Of a stretch of 64,000 nt of DNA, positions 28,347 through 42,000 are shown piece by piece. How positions within the stretch are numbered: position 1 is the stretch's first letter; each line of letters begins with the position of its first letter. This stretch comes from Balanoglossus misakiensis (Eukaryota > Animalia > Hemichordata): positions 7,509,573 through 7,573,572 of the forward strand of contig CM082594.2 of NCBI GenBank assembly GCA_040954595.2. Reading direction: 5' to 3'. The translations under genes and the position numbers were made by a program. A model generated the notes under the pieces. That model ran no database searches. It worked only from the letters and a program-made list of their open reading frames with translations, and had not been told where the DNA came from.

Positions 28347-30083
28347 CAAACCAATGAAGTGATTGGTCCAGTGAACTACAAACAAGTTGTACCCATTGTG
28401 TCATGTTGACATTTGTTTTTGTGTTGGACTGATATTACGACTGACATCGAACATTACCACATCATCAAAACCAGATCACCTTATATCTGTTTGGTAGTAC
28501 CAAGTTCACCTATTGTACCATACATATACTCATGGATTGCAGGAATTTATATGAGAAGTAAATTGGTTTTTACCTGGCATTTGAAGTGAGCATCTGAAGT
28601 AGGACGTACGTCTACTTCTTGGAGTTCATTTGTGTACATCAAAGTTTTGTTTCCTTCTGTAACAGTAATAAAATTGTACAATAAAGAACCTTTTATGATG
28701 TACATTAAATCAAGTATTACTGTCTTCATTGAAAAGTGATCAGTGGTATATGATATACAAGTCCACTTAGAGGCTTTGTTATCAGTGAGAGAATGAAGTC
28801 AAACTTACTACACCTGTAAATATTAAAGTTTTACTACAATCATATATCTATGAAAAATATATATATATACCTTCAGTTCACATGATGTCAGTACAGTCCA
28901 AGAGACTGGTAGTTCCGCTGGAATGGTGGGACAGCTGTTCCCGGCACTTTTCCAGGTTTCCAGTGTCTGATCCGGAGTGGAAGAACTTGAACTGGTTGTG
29001 GGGGACACTGGTGTTTGTCTTGGGTATTCAGAATCATAGAGTGCTCACTGTTGATAAACACGGTTTCTTGAGAAACCAAAACAATGCAGACAGACATAGC
29101 AATGTGCCTTTTATTAATCAGTTATTGCAGCCATGAACATCATTTGATTTATAACATCTTTTGCAACAAGAATACAATTATTTGATGATAAAATAAAACT
29201 TCATAAACATTAAAAATATATTTTTTCAACCATTTGCTTTTGTTTACTTAACTCTTGATAAACATTAAACAACATTGGAATATCAACTACGAAATTCTGA
29301 ACACAACCAGTAAGCCCAACACAGACAGCACCCTTTCCTGCAAAAAAGTAAGTAACATCTCTGAAAGGATTAACATTCAGAACTTTCGGGTAATGTTTGA
29401 TGCCTTCTAATGATCAGATAGTCACTCGAACTGTAACAACATGCAGGAAATATGACAAAATACCGTGAAAATTCAGACAATCAGTTGATAATTGTGTGTA
29501 AATATACATAGAAGTGCTTAATGCCCAAGGGATGTACAAGGTTTACACTTCAGTTATATACAAAGAAGTTTATTGCTGGAAAGGAAATACCGGTACATCG
29601 GTATTTCACATACTGGCCATTTTCAAGAATTTTCCATTTCTTTGTAGTGTTCATGTGAGTACCATTTGAGGTTGTCAGACACTGGTTCAAAATTGTGCTA
29701 CCACAACTTGAGTGGCGATCTGTTGACATTATCACAAAGTCTTCTCAATTGTTTCGCTGAAATGTATTGCAAAAAATTCACCCAAGATGGAGAATCTGAT
29801 CCCTGATCGTATTTAAACAATTTTCAGTTGCACACACAAAATTCTTAATCATAACTCGTTTGAACAAAACAGTACATATAACTATTAAAGTCTGACACAA
29901 TTTTTGTTAATAGTGATCGAAATTCTGATTTTCACATTTCAAACGCCAAAAACATCTTTTTTTCTTTGCTTCAGAATCTGCACTCTATCATACAAACAGC
30001 TTGCAAATTAAGCTGGATAATGCCCTGTAAACTTAACAGCTGTATAACTAGATTGACAGCATATGCAAAGCAAACTAGATCAG

Positions 30084-33000
30084 TCAACGTTTGCTGAATA
30101 TTTGACGTCTCATTTCTTCCTGGACAGCGCCCAAATTTTGAAACAGCAGCTGGTTTTCTTGTCTTATGTTGCGCAGCGTCCTGTCCAGCCACCGACTGTG
30201 TCTTTCCAAGACCGGCAACGGGGATGGCATCACGAGTTGATTTCTCCGATGCCGCATCCTCCGCATCTGCTCCTCCATTCGCGCCCTCATTCTCCCGATG
30301 CGGCGCCACCACGCGACCTTCTTCACGTACTTCTTGCAGGCCGCCGACATCTCGCCGCTGTCGGCGAAATCTCGGAGCGGGATGTGGAGCTTGGCCGAGG
30401 AATACGTGTGCATGGTTACCACGTAGAATACTGCGTAGATCATAATTCCCAGCAGAATTAAATACAGCGTGAAGAAACTGCGTACGCCCGTTCCCTTTGG
30501 GTCCATTTGGCGCGATCCGCCGAGAGGATAGAAAAGTAGCGTTTGGACGGTAGAGCCAATGGTGTGAAGTTCTTCTTCAGTTTCGCTGTACACCATGAAT
30601 CCAGTGTGGACAAACGTGACAAAGATGAAGACGAACATCGGCGCTGATTTCAGGACCTGTTTCACCGATGCTTTGCACACAGACAGCAGCAGTTTGAAGT
30701 GGCTGAATGTTGATAGCGTGATCAGTACCTTGAGCAAAGCACAGAAGACAAGTACAGCCAGGATGATGTGCAGCTGATCCTGCATGTAGGAGCAGTTTCT
30801 CAGTGTGTACACATTCCGAGATTGAACCTTTGCTTCCTGGACGATCATCCCATAGTAGAAGTGAACTGCAACTGTGGTCAGTGAAACTACGATGCACAGA
30901 GCATCAACAACTTGTGAGAAGTCTTTGAAGTACTTGTGGCCCTTTTCCATAGCTCTCCTCAACTTCAAACACATCATGACCAAGACAGTAACAGCCAAAG
31001 CCATAACCAAAATCATCTCAATGACTCCACTATCTTGGTTGTACATCGTCAACAGTTTCAGCTCTACAGACGTGAAAAAATTCCCTGTTGGTGCGATCTC
31101 TGCCAGCAGGGTGACAACATAAACTAGCCTTGATTGCGCGTTGAAGACAGCACACTCCATAAACACAGCTCTAGTGTACTTGTCAATCCAGGCCGCCTCT
31201 TCCAAGTCTTGCACCAGAGACAGAGCATCCGAATACACCCTTGTCAGATCGGCAACATAGCCCCCACCACCATAGACGCCAAATTTCCCGGAGAAGTCAC
31301 CGTCCTCTCCTAGCGACAGCGCCGGATAATACCGATATCCTTTGGTTTGCTCCAGGTTGTAGTCTTCCGGTATTGGCTCCCATCCCCACAAATACTGGGT
31401 TTTGTCTTCGGTTTCTGCTGAGTAGCCTGTGTCACAAATCATTGTGGTGTAATCATCGACTGTGTCGTGTTCACACTCACCTGTGTATATGCACGAATAA
31501 AGACAAGCCATTGGCAATGACTCAATTCCCACTGGATCAGAAAATCACAGTGGAATGAAATCAGTCAAGATAATATTTATCTCCAACATGGGAATGAGTC
31601 TGGCAATGTTTTTGGCCTGGGAGATATGTGAAAGTATGGTTATCCAAGAATGGTTATCCGGCCCAAAATGGCATACATATAAAACTGTGCACATCTTCAT
31701 ATTGACAACGTCACTGACCGTTAATAGCACAAAAAAACTACTACTATGATATCATTATTATTAAAAGAAAAAGAAAACTTTGTAGTTGCACTTATGTTTT
31801 AAAAATATTTCCCCAGCAACTGTTGCCTAGCCATTCAAATCCATCAGTACCACCTTAAGAATAAATGTAACATACCATCTGATGCGTTGACTCTCAGCTG
31901 TCTAAGTCTCGGTGAACCAATAAGAACTGACTGATAATTGGTGTCTTCAGAGTCCATAGAATACAGAGAGGGTAGAAGAACTGACTTGCTCCAAGCCCAA
32001 TACTCACTGGCAGTGCGTATCTGTAACAACAAATATAGTACACATCAGTACGAGGTTTGCACCTGTGTCAGTGCTTGGCTAACCCGGGGTTAACCCAGGT
32101 TAGCAAATTTTAAACATCACAACAAAAATTAAGCTTACCTTTTCAAATGGTTGTGATTTTTCTCCCAAGGCTGTCCCATTAACAACAGAGTGGTATAAAG
32201 ACTGGCGCATGTAGTAAGCTGATGTGTCCTTCTGTGCGTAGGCAATTAACACTGCTAAGATGAAGAACAACACTGTTCCTGTCCACCTGGAGCTGATTCT
32301 TATCCACTTTCTTGGCCGCATCTCTGCCTTCCTCTGAGGTGCACTCTTCAAACTCCTTGCTTCAATCACTCCAAAATCACTCTCCATGTCATGTACTGGA
32401 GCATGCTTGTCCAGGCCAGGATGGTGGTACTGTGCTTCGAAAATCACTGATTCCTCCTTTAGACTTCTGCGCTTGTTGAAAGCAATGAAGAAGACAGCGG
32501 CTGCAAACACAAATACTGGCTCGATGACGAACAAGAGGGAAAATACAGCAGTGAGGACAGAGATGATCCAGTTGAAGGCCAGGGGCTGGCTGTAGTAGAG
32601 TCCGTACCACGTAGTCAGGAACATGGCTCCAAACATGATGACGGCAAAAGAGAGCCATGTGATGATTCTCATCCACCAGGGTAGCAGCCATCCCTGGAGA
32701 GTCAGAGACGCAGTTGATGAAAGTCGCATCAAGAACGAAGGGCCAGCTTTCCCTCTCGGCCACTGACGTCTCCTCACTTTGCCAGCATCTCTGCTGCTTC
32801 TTCTGTGGTGGTGATGCCTGGGGGTGCGACGGTGATGTCTATGATGGTGATGCCGGTGGTGGTGGTGGTGGTGATGATGGTGACGTCGGCTTGAAGAATG
32901 TCTCCTGTGTCTGCGATGGTGATGACGGTGTCTCCTACTGCGTTTTCCATTATCAACATCACTGTCCTCAGAACTTCTTGAGTGACTACGATGGTGATGA

Positions 33001-36000
33001 CGATGCCTGCGATGATGTGAACTGCGACGTCCACCATCACTATCTCGATGACGGCTGCGATGCCTGGATGCAGAGCCTCCGTCAGTGCTTTCTCTCCGGT
33101 GATGTCGACGGTGATGGGACGGTGAAGATGAGTTTGTGTGACGGCTTCGACCACGACGGTGATGATGTCGGCTCTCGTCATGCAGGTCTCTCCTACTTTT
33201 CCGGTGGCTGTGGCCATGCCCCCTCTCTTCACTGCTACTGTGTCTGCTCCTTCGGTGGCGACTTGACGATCTGTGGTGACTGTGCGATCTGTGAGTTGAT
33301 CTTGAACTGCCGTGCCTGTGTCTTGAAGATGACCTGTGATGGCTGCGACTGGACCCGGATCTGTCGTGCCGATGTCTTGACGAGGATTTGCGACCCTCCC
33401 TCCTGTGTCCACTCCTTGATTCACCAACACCAATCCCTGGCACTTGCAGAGTTGCACCATGCTTCTCTCTTGCCATGTGCTCATCCTCTTCACTGTGAAG
33501 ATGTCCCGAAACAAGAGAATGACTCTTCTTCATCCCTTGCCGACTGCGACGCCTCTGTGTCAACGTCTCATCCCCGCTGACCGGAGCCTTCAAAGCGTTG
33601 GGTTTGCGATGCCTGTGGCCATCACGCGCCTTGCGCGACTGCTCCTCGGGTATTTTCAGAGTAACCCCTTCTGGTTCTGCAATGGCGGAGTCGCCTTTCA
33701 CAAAACTTTCTGACGCTATTTCTACCTCGCCTTCATCACTGCCCCACTCATTGCTTGAGTCTGACTTCGCTTCCTTGGTAGCTTCCTTCCCCCCAGATTC
33801 ATCATCATTCCACAGGGACTCAGTAACATTGATATCCGGCACAACCACACCAGACTTATCCAGCAATTCCGGCTGCTCGCTGTAACCCCCTTCAACTTTC
33901 ACCTCCTGCAGCGATTCTTGCCTTTTGACTTTCGACTTCTCGCCTTTGAACGCTCTCTTTTTCCAAAGCTCAATCCACCTGGACCGTCCAAACAGAAAGG
34001 CAAACAGCCAATTGATTGGCAGGGCGATGACCCCTCCAAGGACACCATTGGTGATTGCTTCGGCGCTGAACTTGAACTCTCCGCCACCTGGTTGCTGAGC
34101 GTAGTCTTGCGTATCTCCGTATAGAAACACAGAGGTCACCAACATCGTGAAGAAGACGAACGCAAACAGGCAGGTCAGGTTTTCCAGACGGGTCAATGTT
34201 CTCTTGACTTTCCGCGCGAGAAATCCCAGTATCGTGAGATGACTGCTGCAGAGGTCGGAGAGTGTTGTCACACTGAACAGATGTTTATTGAGCACGGCTT
34301 CATCAAAAGTTAATGCTTTGTAAGTTTGGGGTGTGAACTTCCCTTGGTAGATGTGATTGCATAGGAAGTACCATGACTTGCCAGTTTGGGCATCTTCAAT
34401 CACAACTCTGCTCAGATACCTGAAATACACAAAATAACCTTGGCTACAACTGCCATGACAAAAATAAATTGACTTTTTTCAACAATCAATTCCAACAAAA
34501 AAATCCCGAATTAAATTATTAGATATTTGAGGAAAGCAGTCCATTGGCATAATACGTCATCAACCATAAAATATTTTCAATGGTAAATAATTTGGAATGT
34601 TTTCCTTATGTTAAACTTCTGAGTCACTAAATCTTTGACAGCCAAGCTGCTTTAATACCACTTCTGCTAATTGGTATCAGTCTGTACTTACCATTCTGGT
34701 CTGAACCCAGAGCCATCATGCCAGACACTGATATACAGCAGTTCGCCAAGACTGGTGTACATGTCAATCAGAAAGGTGTCTATACTGCCATCTTGGAATT
34801 CATGTTGGCTCTCATTTGACAAATTGATCACTTTACTTCTGAATTTGCTCCCCATCAGTTGTATGGACACCTGTAATTATTAGAAGGCAAAGTTACTCTC
34901 ATTGTCATTTAGAAAAAGTATGTCTATATAGAGCTACTGTATATGGGGGTTAGAAGAGAGTGTTACATACATGCTCTGTTAACCCAATACCATTCATACA
35001 AACATTTCTTCCAATAAACCAAGTATATGTAACATCTGAACTTTATTTTACCTTTGATGTAGTCCCCGCTCCATGGTTGATGCTGGTAAAAACTGTAATG
35101 ATATACCGATAGCAGGAATCCAACTTTCCCTTCTTGTCTTTCGTCTTTGGGTTAAACTGCGAGAGAAAGTTAAAGCAGTTCATGAAAAAGGCATTGTCAC
35201 AAAATCCACTATGGTCCAGTCCTAACCCATTGTTTGCCATGGTAAGGTTGGACCTCTAAAGAGGGAACTAGGGGTGAAAGGGTTATTGAATAATTCCACA
35301 AATAATTAAATCAGAGGATTGCAGAAAATACCCAGCCATACCTTTTTCTGATGTTTCACATCAGCCACACAGACCAGCACTGCAGTCGCTATGTACAGAG
35401 CCACAATTGCGCCCACTACAGCTGCCAAAATTGGGCTTTGGTCAAGCGCAGTCTCTATGATGACATACTCAAACGTCACCAGCTGATTGGCCGGTATGTA
35501 GAAACTGCCGCCAAAGGCACTCAAGTGGTTGCAGTGACAGTGAGTGTAGGCAGATGTTGTCAGTCCACCAACCTAAAAGGAAACACCAACAAAGAATTTG
35601 ACAGGAATTCCTAACGATATGAAACTTAACAGATATTTTGATGCAAGTAGTTTAATAAGTCAATTGTGGCTCACTGTGATTCTAGCTCTCACCTTACAAC
35701 CACTTGGAAACCACTGCTCAAACATGTCCGACCAATAAAGACAACGAGCTGTGAAGATCTTCACATCAAAGTCCACGCTAGTGCCACCTTCAGTGCTGTT
35801 CATAATCGACAAGATGTCTCTGTTACGCCCTGCTGGTTGCACACTCAGATAATACGACCCGACACCGTGTAACACATGTTCTTCAATGAACCACACATAC
35901 GGATCAGCAGACATGTTGTAGGTTTCGTTGTAAACTGACGTGGACAGACTCTCTTCGGACAGAGGCAACCGCATCTTGAGATCGTACTGATCAGGACTGG

Positions 36001-39000
36001 GCGGAAATCCAAACCTCAAGAATGCGTCCATGGCCACTGATGTATTGGACGGGTGTATTTCGATGTGAATGGAAGTGTAGGACTCGGTCAGGTTGAAGAG
36101 TACCATCACATTGGAATCTGTTATTGTCGTCAACATCTCCACGTCCAATGATCCGTCCTCGGTCCTTGGTATGAACATTTCAATGTCATCTGTCATATCC
36201 CTAATACTCATAACATCACCTAAAAGGGTAGAAAAAAAAAGATATAGAAAATGAAAACAAAATAAAACATACTGGCATCCTTATCAAAATGTAGCTAAAA
36301 TGATGAGTATTCCTCATTCCTGTAATATATGACTGTCCCTAAAAAAATCTTACCGTCAGTGTTTTTCAGAGTCAGACCCACAACTGATGTTTTCACTTGA
36401 TAACCACTGCTATGCCATGTGAATGGATTGAGGGCAGTACTGTATACCTGCAACAGATGAAAATATAAAGTTGGTCTAAATAAAGTCCCCATAAGCTGAA
36501 CTTTTGACTGTTTTCTAGTAATTTTGTTCTTTCTACATTCTTTTGTCATTACATCACAACTAATGCAGAAATGTCAGGAAATAAGAAACCATCTTCTATA
36601 CATTAGCACTGTTTGTACACAACAGACACACACACAGCTGTGATAATAATACCTGTATATCGACAACATTTTCGTCAACAGACTCTAAGACCGAGTTTGG
36701 GATTTTCACCCATGTACCATCTTCTATCTGGAAAGATCTATCAGCACTGGTTGTTGTGAATTCCCTCTGCAGTACCATCAAAATTGTACCAGTGTCGATT
36801 TCTACTGGTGATTCACCAGGCAGTTTTTGACTCAGTATGATGTTCGACAAGTCATCCAGAACGCTGAAGACCTGCTTGGTGATGGCTCGGCTCTGAAATA
36901 AAATTTGAGAGAGCACATCAGCCAAAAAAAATAAAATATGACAAATAAATATTGATATATTTACAATACAAGCATTTGTAAGTCGCTGTTTATGTGAAGA
37001 CACTTTTTCCTGTGTGATATGAGTGGAACTGTTTAGGGCATAGAAAGAAAGTAAATACATAAGACTAAAAATACCATACCATTGATATCAGTACAGGTAA
37101 ACCTAACACTATAATCTACACTTACATTTCTGAGTTCAGAAGGAAGGCTATCTTCATCCTCTGTAAGAATCTCGTCACTAACTACATCTATGTCACGATC
37201 TACAGTAATGTTTTCTACACCTAGGGATATTCAATGATGATATCAGATTCATGTTTACCCTTTCCATCATGATGATAGTAAAGTCGTGTTAGGTTTGCAA
37301 TATCAAGGCCTCAAATATCAGGTAAGAAAGGCATGTTGCTTAGACAATGCAACCCGGTAGTATCTTTGTTACATGAGATATTAAAACTATACAATGAGAT
37401 GATTTCTGCCAACTCTTATTTGTGTTCCGATTCAGTATAAAAGGCTTTTAAAAAATCCAAGAGTGATTAATTCTGACCTGGTCTGAGCATGATGTCAGAT
37501 GTTGGTGTTGGGACAGCGATGGTTGGTAACAGCTGCAGCAGAGCTACTTGTCTGGCTGCCATGAAATCATTCCAGGCGGTCGAGTCACTTGCTAACTCTG
37601 TGAAGAACTCACTAGCGTCATCCGAAGCTGCTTTAATGAGCTTAGATACTCCTGCAAAAGGAAACATGAAAATAAATGTGAATTCGTAAAATAATGATCA
37701 CACTCTCACTGATAGTCATAACATTCAATTAATATGGCAATTAATATTACTAACATTTGTCCATCCATAGTTGCTTTCTGTGTGATACAAGAATTCTTAT
37801 TCTGTGTGCAATTAAACCTATATCCACCCCAGCTAAAACAAATAAAATACTGATATAAATAATACACAAAATAATGATGTATCCTCTTTTACCTGTAAAA
37901 AGATACCTGGCCGCATCTTCGATATCTTCTGGAGTTGTCTCCTCATCTGTTTGTTCCTTCAAGATGCTGGTCATACTCTCATAGGTCATTCCAGCTGTCA
38001 ACTGAAATGTAAAAAGACATTCTCCGAGACGTCTTATCAAACCGTTAATTTCACTACCATAGTCAACATTGATTACCACCTTCCAAATTGCTCACTCTGA
38101 AGTATCTCGATGCTGGTCATGGTATGATAAAGTTTGGATGTTTCACAATAAAATCACACATTTTGTCAAAGATACGATACAACTCATTTATTCTGTGTCT
38201 ACAGAAAGTTTAAGAAGTTCCTCAGGTTTCAGTTGAAATGTATTTATTTTAGATGATGCATTATATACAACTCTCACCTGAGCATCAACTTGAAGATCCT
38301 TCTCAATGACCTGAGAAAGAGCGGCTGATGCCTCTTTCATGATTTTCAAGTCACGGACTTTGAGTTCGGCAATCTTATCTACAAGAGTGCTTCTGACCTG
38401 GGAAGGTTAAGATTGTTGTGTTATTATTTTCAAAGGAAAAAAATCACAAGCATGCAGTTGGGACAGCTTTTCACTAAAACGCATTTAACCTTATATTAAG
38501 TCTCCATTGCCATGGCCTGACAAAATATCAGGATACATACCTGTTTTCTGATTGCTGCCTTCTGTTGCAGTTCTTCCTCTGTGAGTGGCGTTTCTGAGAC
38601 AAGCTGACTGTCCTTGGACGCAGTGTCTTCATTGTTCAGCACAGTGGTCAGAGCACTCACGTACTGCACGGCCGCCTGAACATCCTGTTTGTTCAGCAGT
38701 GCATCCAACTCGCTAGCTCTGCCTTGTTTGAAGGAGTTGAGTTCGGATTCCAGATCGTCGACCGTTGGCGGTAGAACCTATCAAATATACATCAAAATAC
38801 TTTGGCATACAATCAGTAACTTGGATAGCCATGCTGTGCTATGCTACACTTTTCAGCAGTTCAGTGAGTGGCAATCTGAGATCAATATATCCTTTTCCAG
38901 TACCCCTATCTGATTACTGTTATTACTCTCTGTTGCCCATCAAAATCATGTCTGTCATATTAAAAGGCCTGTATCGCCTGATGTATTACAGTAGAAAAAC

Positions 39001-42000
39001 AACAAATTTCTCACAAGAACCAATATAACATCAAATTTGTTCCCTTTCAATATTTCTGACCTGCACTTGAAGATGAGCCGACACTTTGGCTCCGATGGCA
39101 TCAATAGCATCCACTCTGACGTTCACCATGTAATCTGAATCAGCCCTGCCCATTGGCAGCGAGAGTTCTGGAGTTACACTATCTGGACTGTAGTACACCA
39201 ACTGGTATGACATCACACCCTGGCTTGCTGGATCTCTGGTGCCATAGTAATATTCATAAAAGATTGGTTTCTCTTCAGAATCAAAACCTGTGGGTAGGAT
39301 ATTTGGTGTCATGAAAGTTTGAAAACAATTACTGTTTACGTATATATGAATTAAAGTTATGTAGCACTCTGTGATCAACGAGTTGAAACTATGTGGGCAT
39401 GAGCATGTTCCCGAAAGCTCATGCTGTAGTTTCAACTCGTTGATCACAGAGTGCTACATAAATTTAATTCATATTGTACTGAAGATCAACACGGCAATAC
39501 TCCTAATTGTTTACGTATATGTCAAGTTTACATTCAATGTACATATTTAAAGCAAGAAGAAATTTTCAAAAGTTAATTTCTAGTCCTTACCTTGGCAAGT
39601 GATAACAAACTTAGTGTCTAACGCTCTGCCTATTCTTGGAGACACATCACAGTTTCCTTTGACAGGAATAGGACTGACTCTGAACGTGTACTGCACCACT
39701 CCAGATACAGGCGACATCAACCAATCTCCAGACACTTGTAGGGTTATGATGTGACCACTGTATTCCAGCAGTGTGTCGGCCTTGATCACTAGGTAGGAAG
39801 ATTGGACTCCTGTTTGAGAACAACGGAAATGTTATTTTCAGCAAACGGCGCATGGGGAAATGCTCCAACTTCCAAGCATTCCAACTATCCATTCAAAAAA
39901 AAAAGAATAGGTTGTGTCCATAATAACTAATTATGTATCGCAGTCTAACCACTGAAATTCACACACAGTAGTGTACAATTCTCAGATCTACCAGTATAAA
40001 TAAACAGATGGGTACATGCAAGTGAAAACAATCAGTTTTGCACACACTTCAGCTCAAAGACATGTGGTGCCACCCCTGAGGATAAGAACTGTAAACCAAC
40101 CTGTTGATGTGATATGCTCCCATTCGCTGATCTGTTTGCCCTTGTGAGAAAATGTCCAATTGTACGCAATCTCTGAGATGCTGTCAGTTTCACAAGTCTG
40201 ACACTCTACGACTAAAGCCAGCCTCTTTGACGGATTCATCTTGTTGCCACAATTCTGTAGACACCTGATAAAAATTAACATTGTTTGTCTCGGGTTAGGG
40301 ATTTCTCAGTGGAGCAATAAACAAGGTACCAGTGGCAATAATTACCACATCTCAAACATATTAGAATAAATCAAATTGCACAAATTTACCAATTTGAAAT
40401 TAAAACATTATTGTCTCTCATAGCAACAGCAATCTCAGCAAGAATTCATCACAAAACACTAATTTGTTAAATTGAAGGGTAAAAAAATATTAATGGTGTT
40501 GAAATTCAAATTCAAAAATGGAAAAGATAAACAGGGTAGCCTTTACCTGATATCCAAGTTGGGAGGAACAGAATCCCATATGGTTACCTTCTGAAAAGCC
40601 AATTGTGGTTCTCGGTAAACATCGCTATTGCGTTTACTGACTTTAACAGCAAACACGATTTCCTGCTGGGTGATAAACTCTGAGGCATTGAAGTGTAGGA
40701 TGGTAACATTCTCCGCAAACAGGCCCGGTCCCTCGTGAAAACAGCCAGCTCCATCGCCTGGAACTACCGAGGAGTTTCCTGGGTCTTCAAACGCGAACAG
40801 CTCGTGTGGGAGTTTGCAGTACCACTGGTGGAGAAGTCCGTGATGGATGTGTGTGGGAAGGTGCCTGGATGGCGGTTCATCATCCGGATCGTATGAGGCA
40901 GACGCATCTAATGTGATGGTGTCGTTTACGCCAACGACCACTGAACTTCCACCAAAGATTGACACTACCAGCAAGGAGGGTTCAATTTCCAGGTAGACCT
41001 GATTGGCGTTGCTAACCTTGCCTTCGTTGTCCATCGTCACAGTCAACTGTATCAGATACGTCCCGTACTCCAGCGATCTTCTTGGTATGACTATATTCGC
41101 CTCGTTCAAAGTCACCGACGATGGCAAATTCTCGTACTGGTACAGCTGGTTTGCTGGCAGTGGCTTACCTTTGTGGTACCTCACCACATAAACTTCCCAC
41201 TCATAGATGGCTACTGTTGTGTTGGTGCAGTTTACACCAACATGTGTCATAATCGACGCTTGTACACTCCGTTTCACCTGCCAAGGCTCTGATATATTCT
41301 TACTACCGCCGTACAGCTTTATAGTCGGTGGTTCGCAATGTTCGTAGGTAACGTGAGCCACTCGGGTGACCCGCATCTCAGAGACAGAGTTATAGCCTAT
41401 CGCAGTGATTGGATAGTCACCTCGATCAGAAAACACCAGCCTTGCAGTGGTTACAAACAGTGAGTAGGGATCAGACGGAATATAAAAGCTCGGATGGATC
41501 ATCTGAAGGGCACTTCTGATCAATACAGGGTCATTGCTAAGTGGTGCCAACTCAACGGAATTATTCCTCGTTCCGTTGGATACTTCAAGGACATACACCG
41601 GATTGGTCCCGACTTGCACAGCGAACAGTACCGCTGTCATTGGTTGATTGACTTCAGTCGGACCGCTGTGAGCAAGATACAGACCCAACACGCTTTCCTG
41701 GAAGTGCATCTTCGTCTCGCATGACGTCTCACTGAACAGATTCCTGGCAATGACGATGACAAGGTAGTTCTTGGCTATGGAGTACTTGTGCGTGACCATG
41801 GACCCTACATTTCTGTCTACAACCCTGTCGCCGTATAGCCAGGTGTATACTACTCCAGTCCCCTGTCTGTGGCGGGCTCTGAAGGATACCGGATATTCCA
41901 CTGGAAAGTAGGTGTTATCCGGACCCCCACCTCTGGTGCCGGATTCCACTCCCGGTCTTTTGGTATTATAGCCCGTAATGTTGCAGTCTTGGATGGGAAT

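Noticed and set aside
32078-32104. Short imperfect palindrome gctaacccggggttaacccaggttagc
   Set aside because: Too short to assign. It may be a repeat remnant in an intron.
32714-33580. Long overlapping ORFs (288 aa on +, 246 aa in an alternative - frame) over the His-rich tract
   Set aside because: These are expected shadow ORFs of a stop-poor low-complexity coding region and show no independent protein features.
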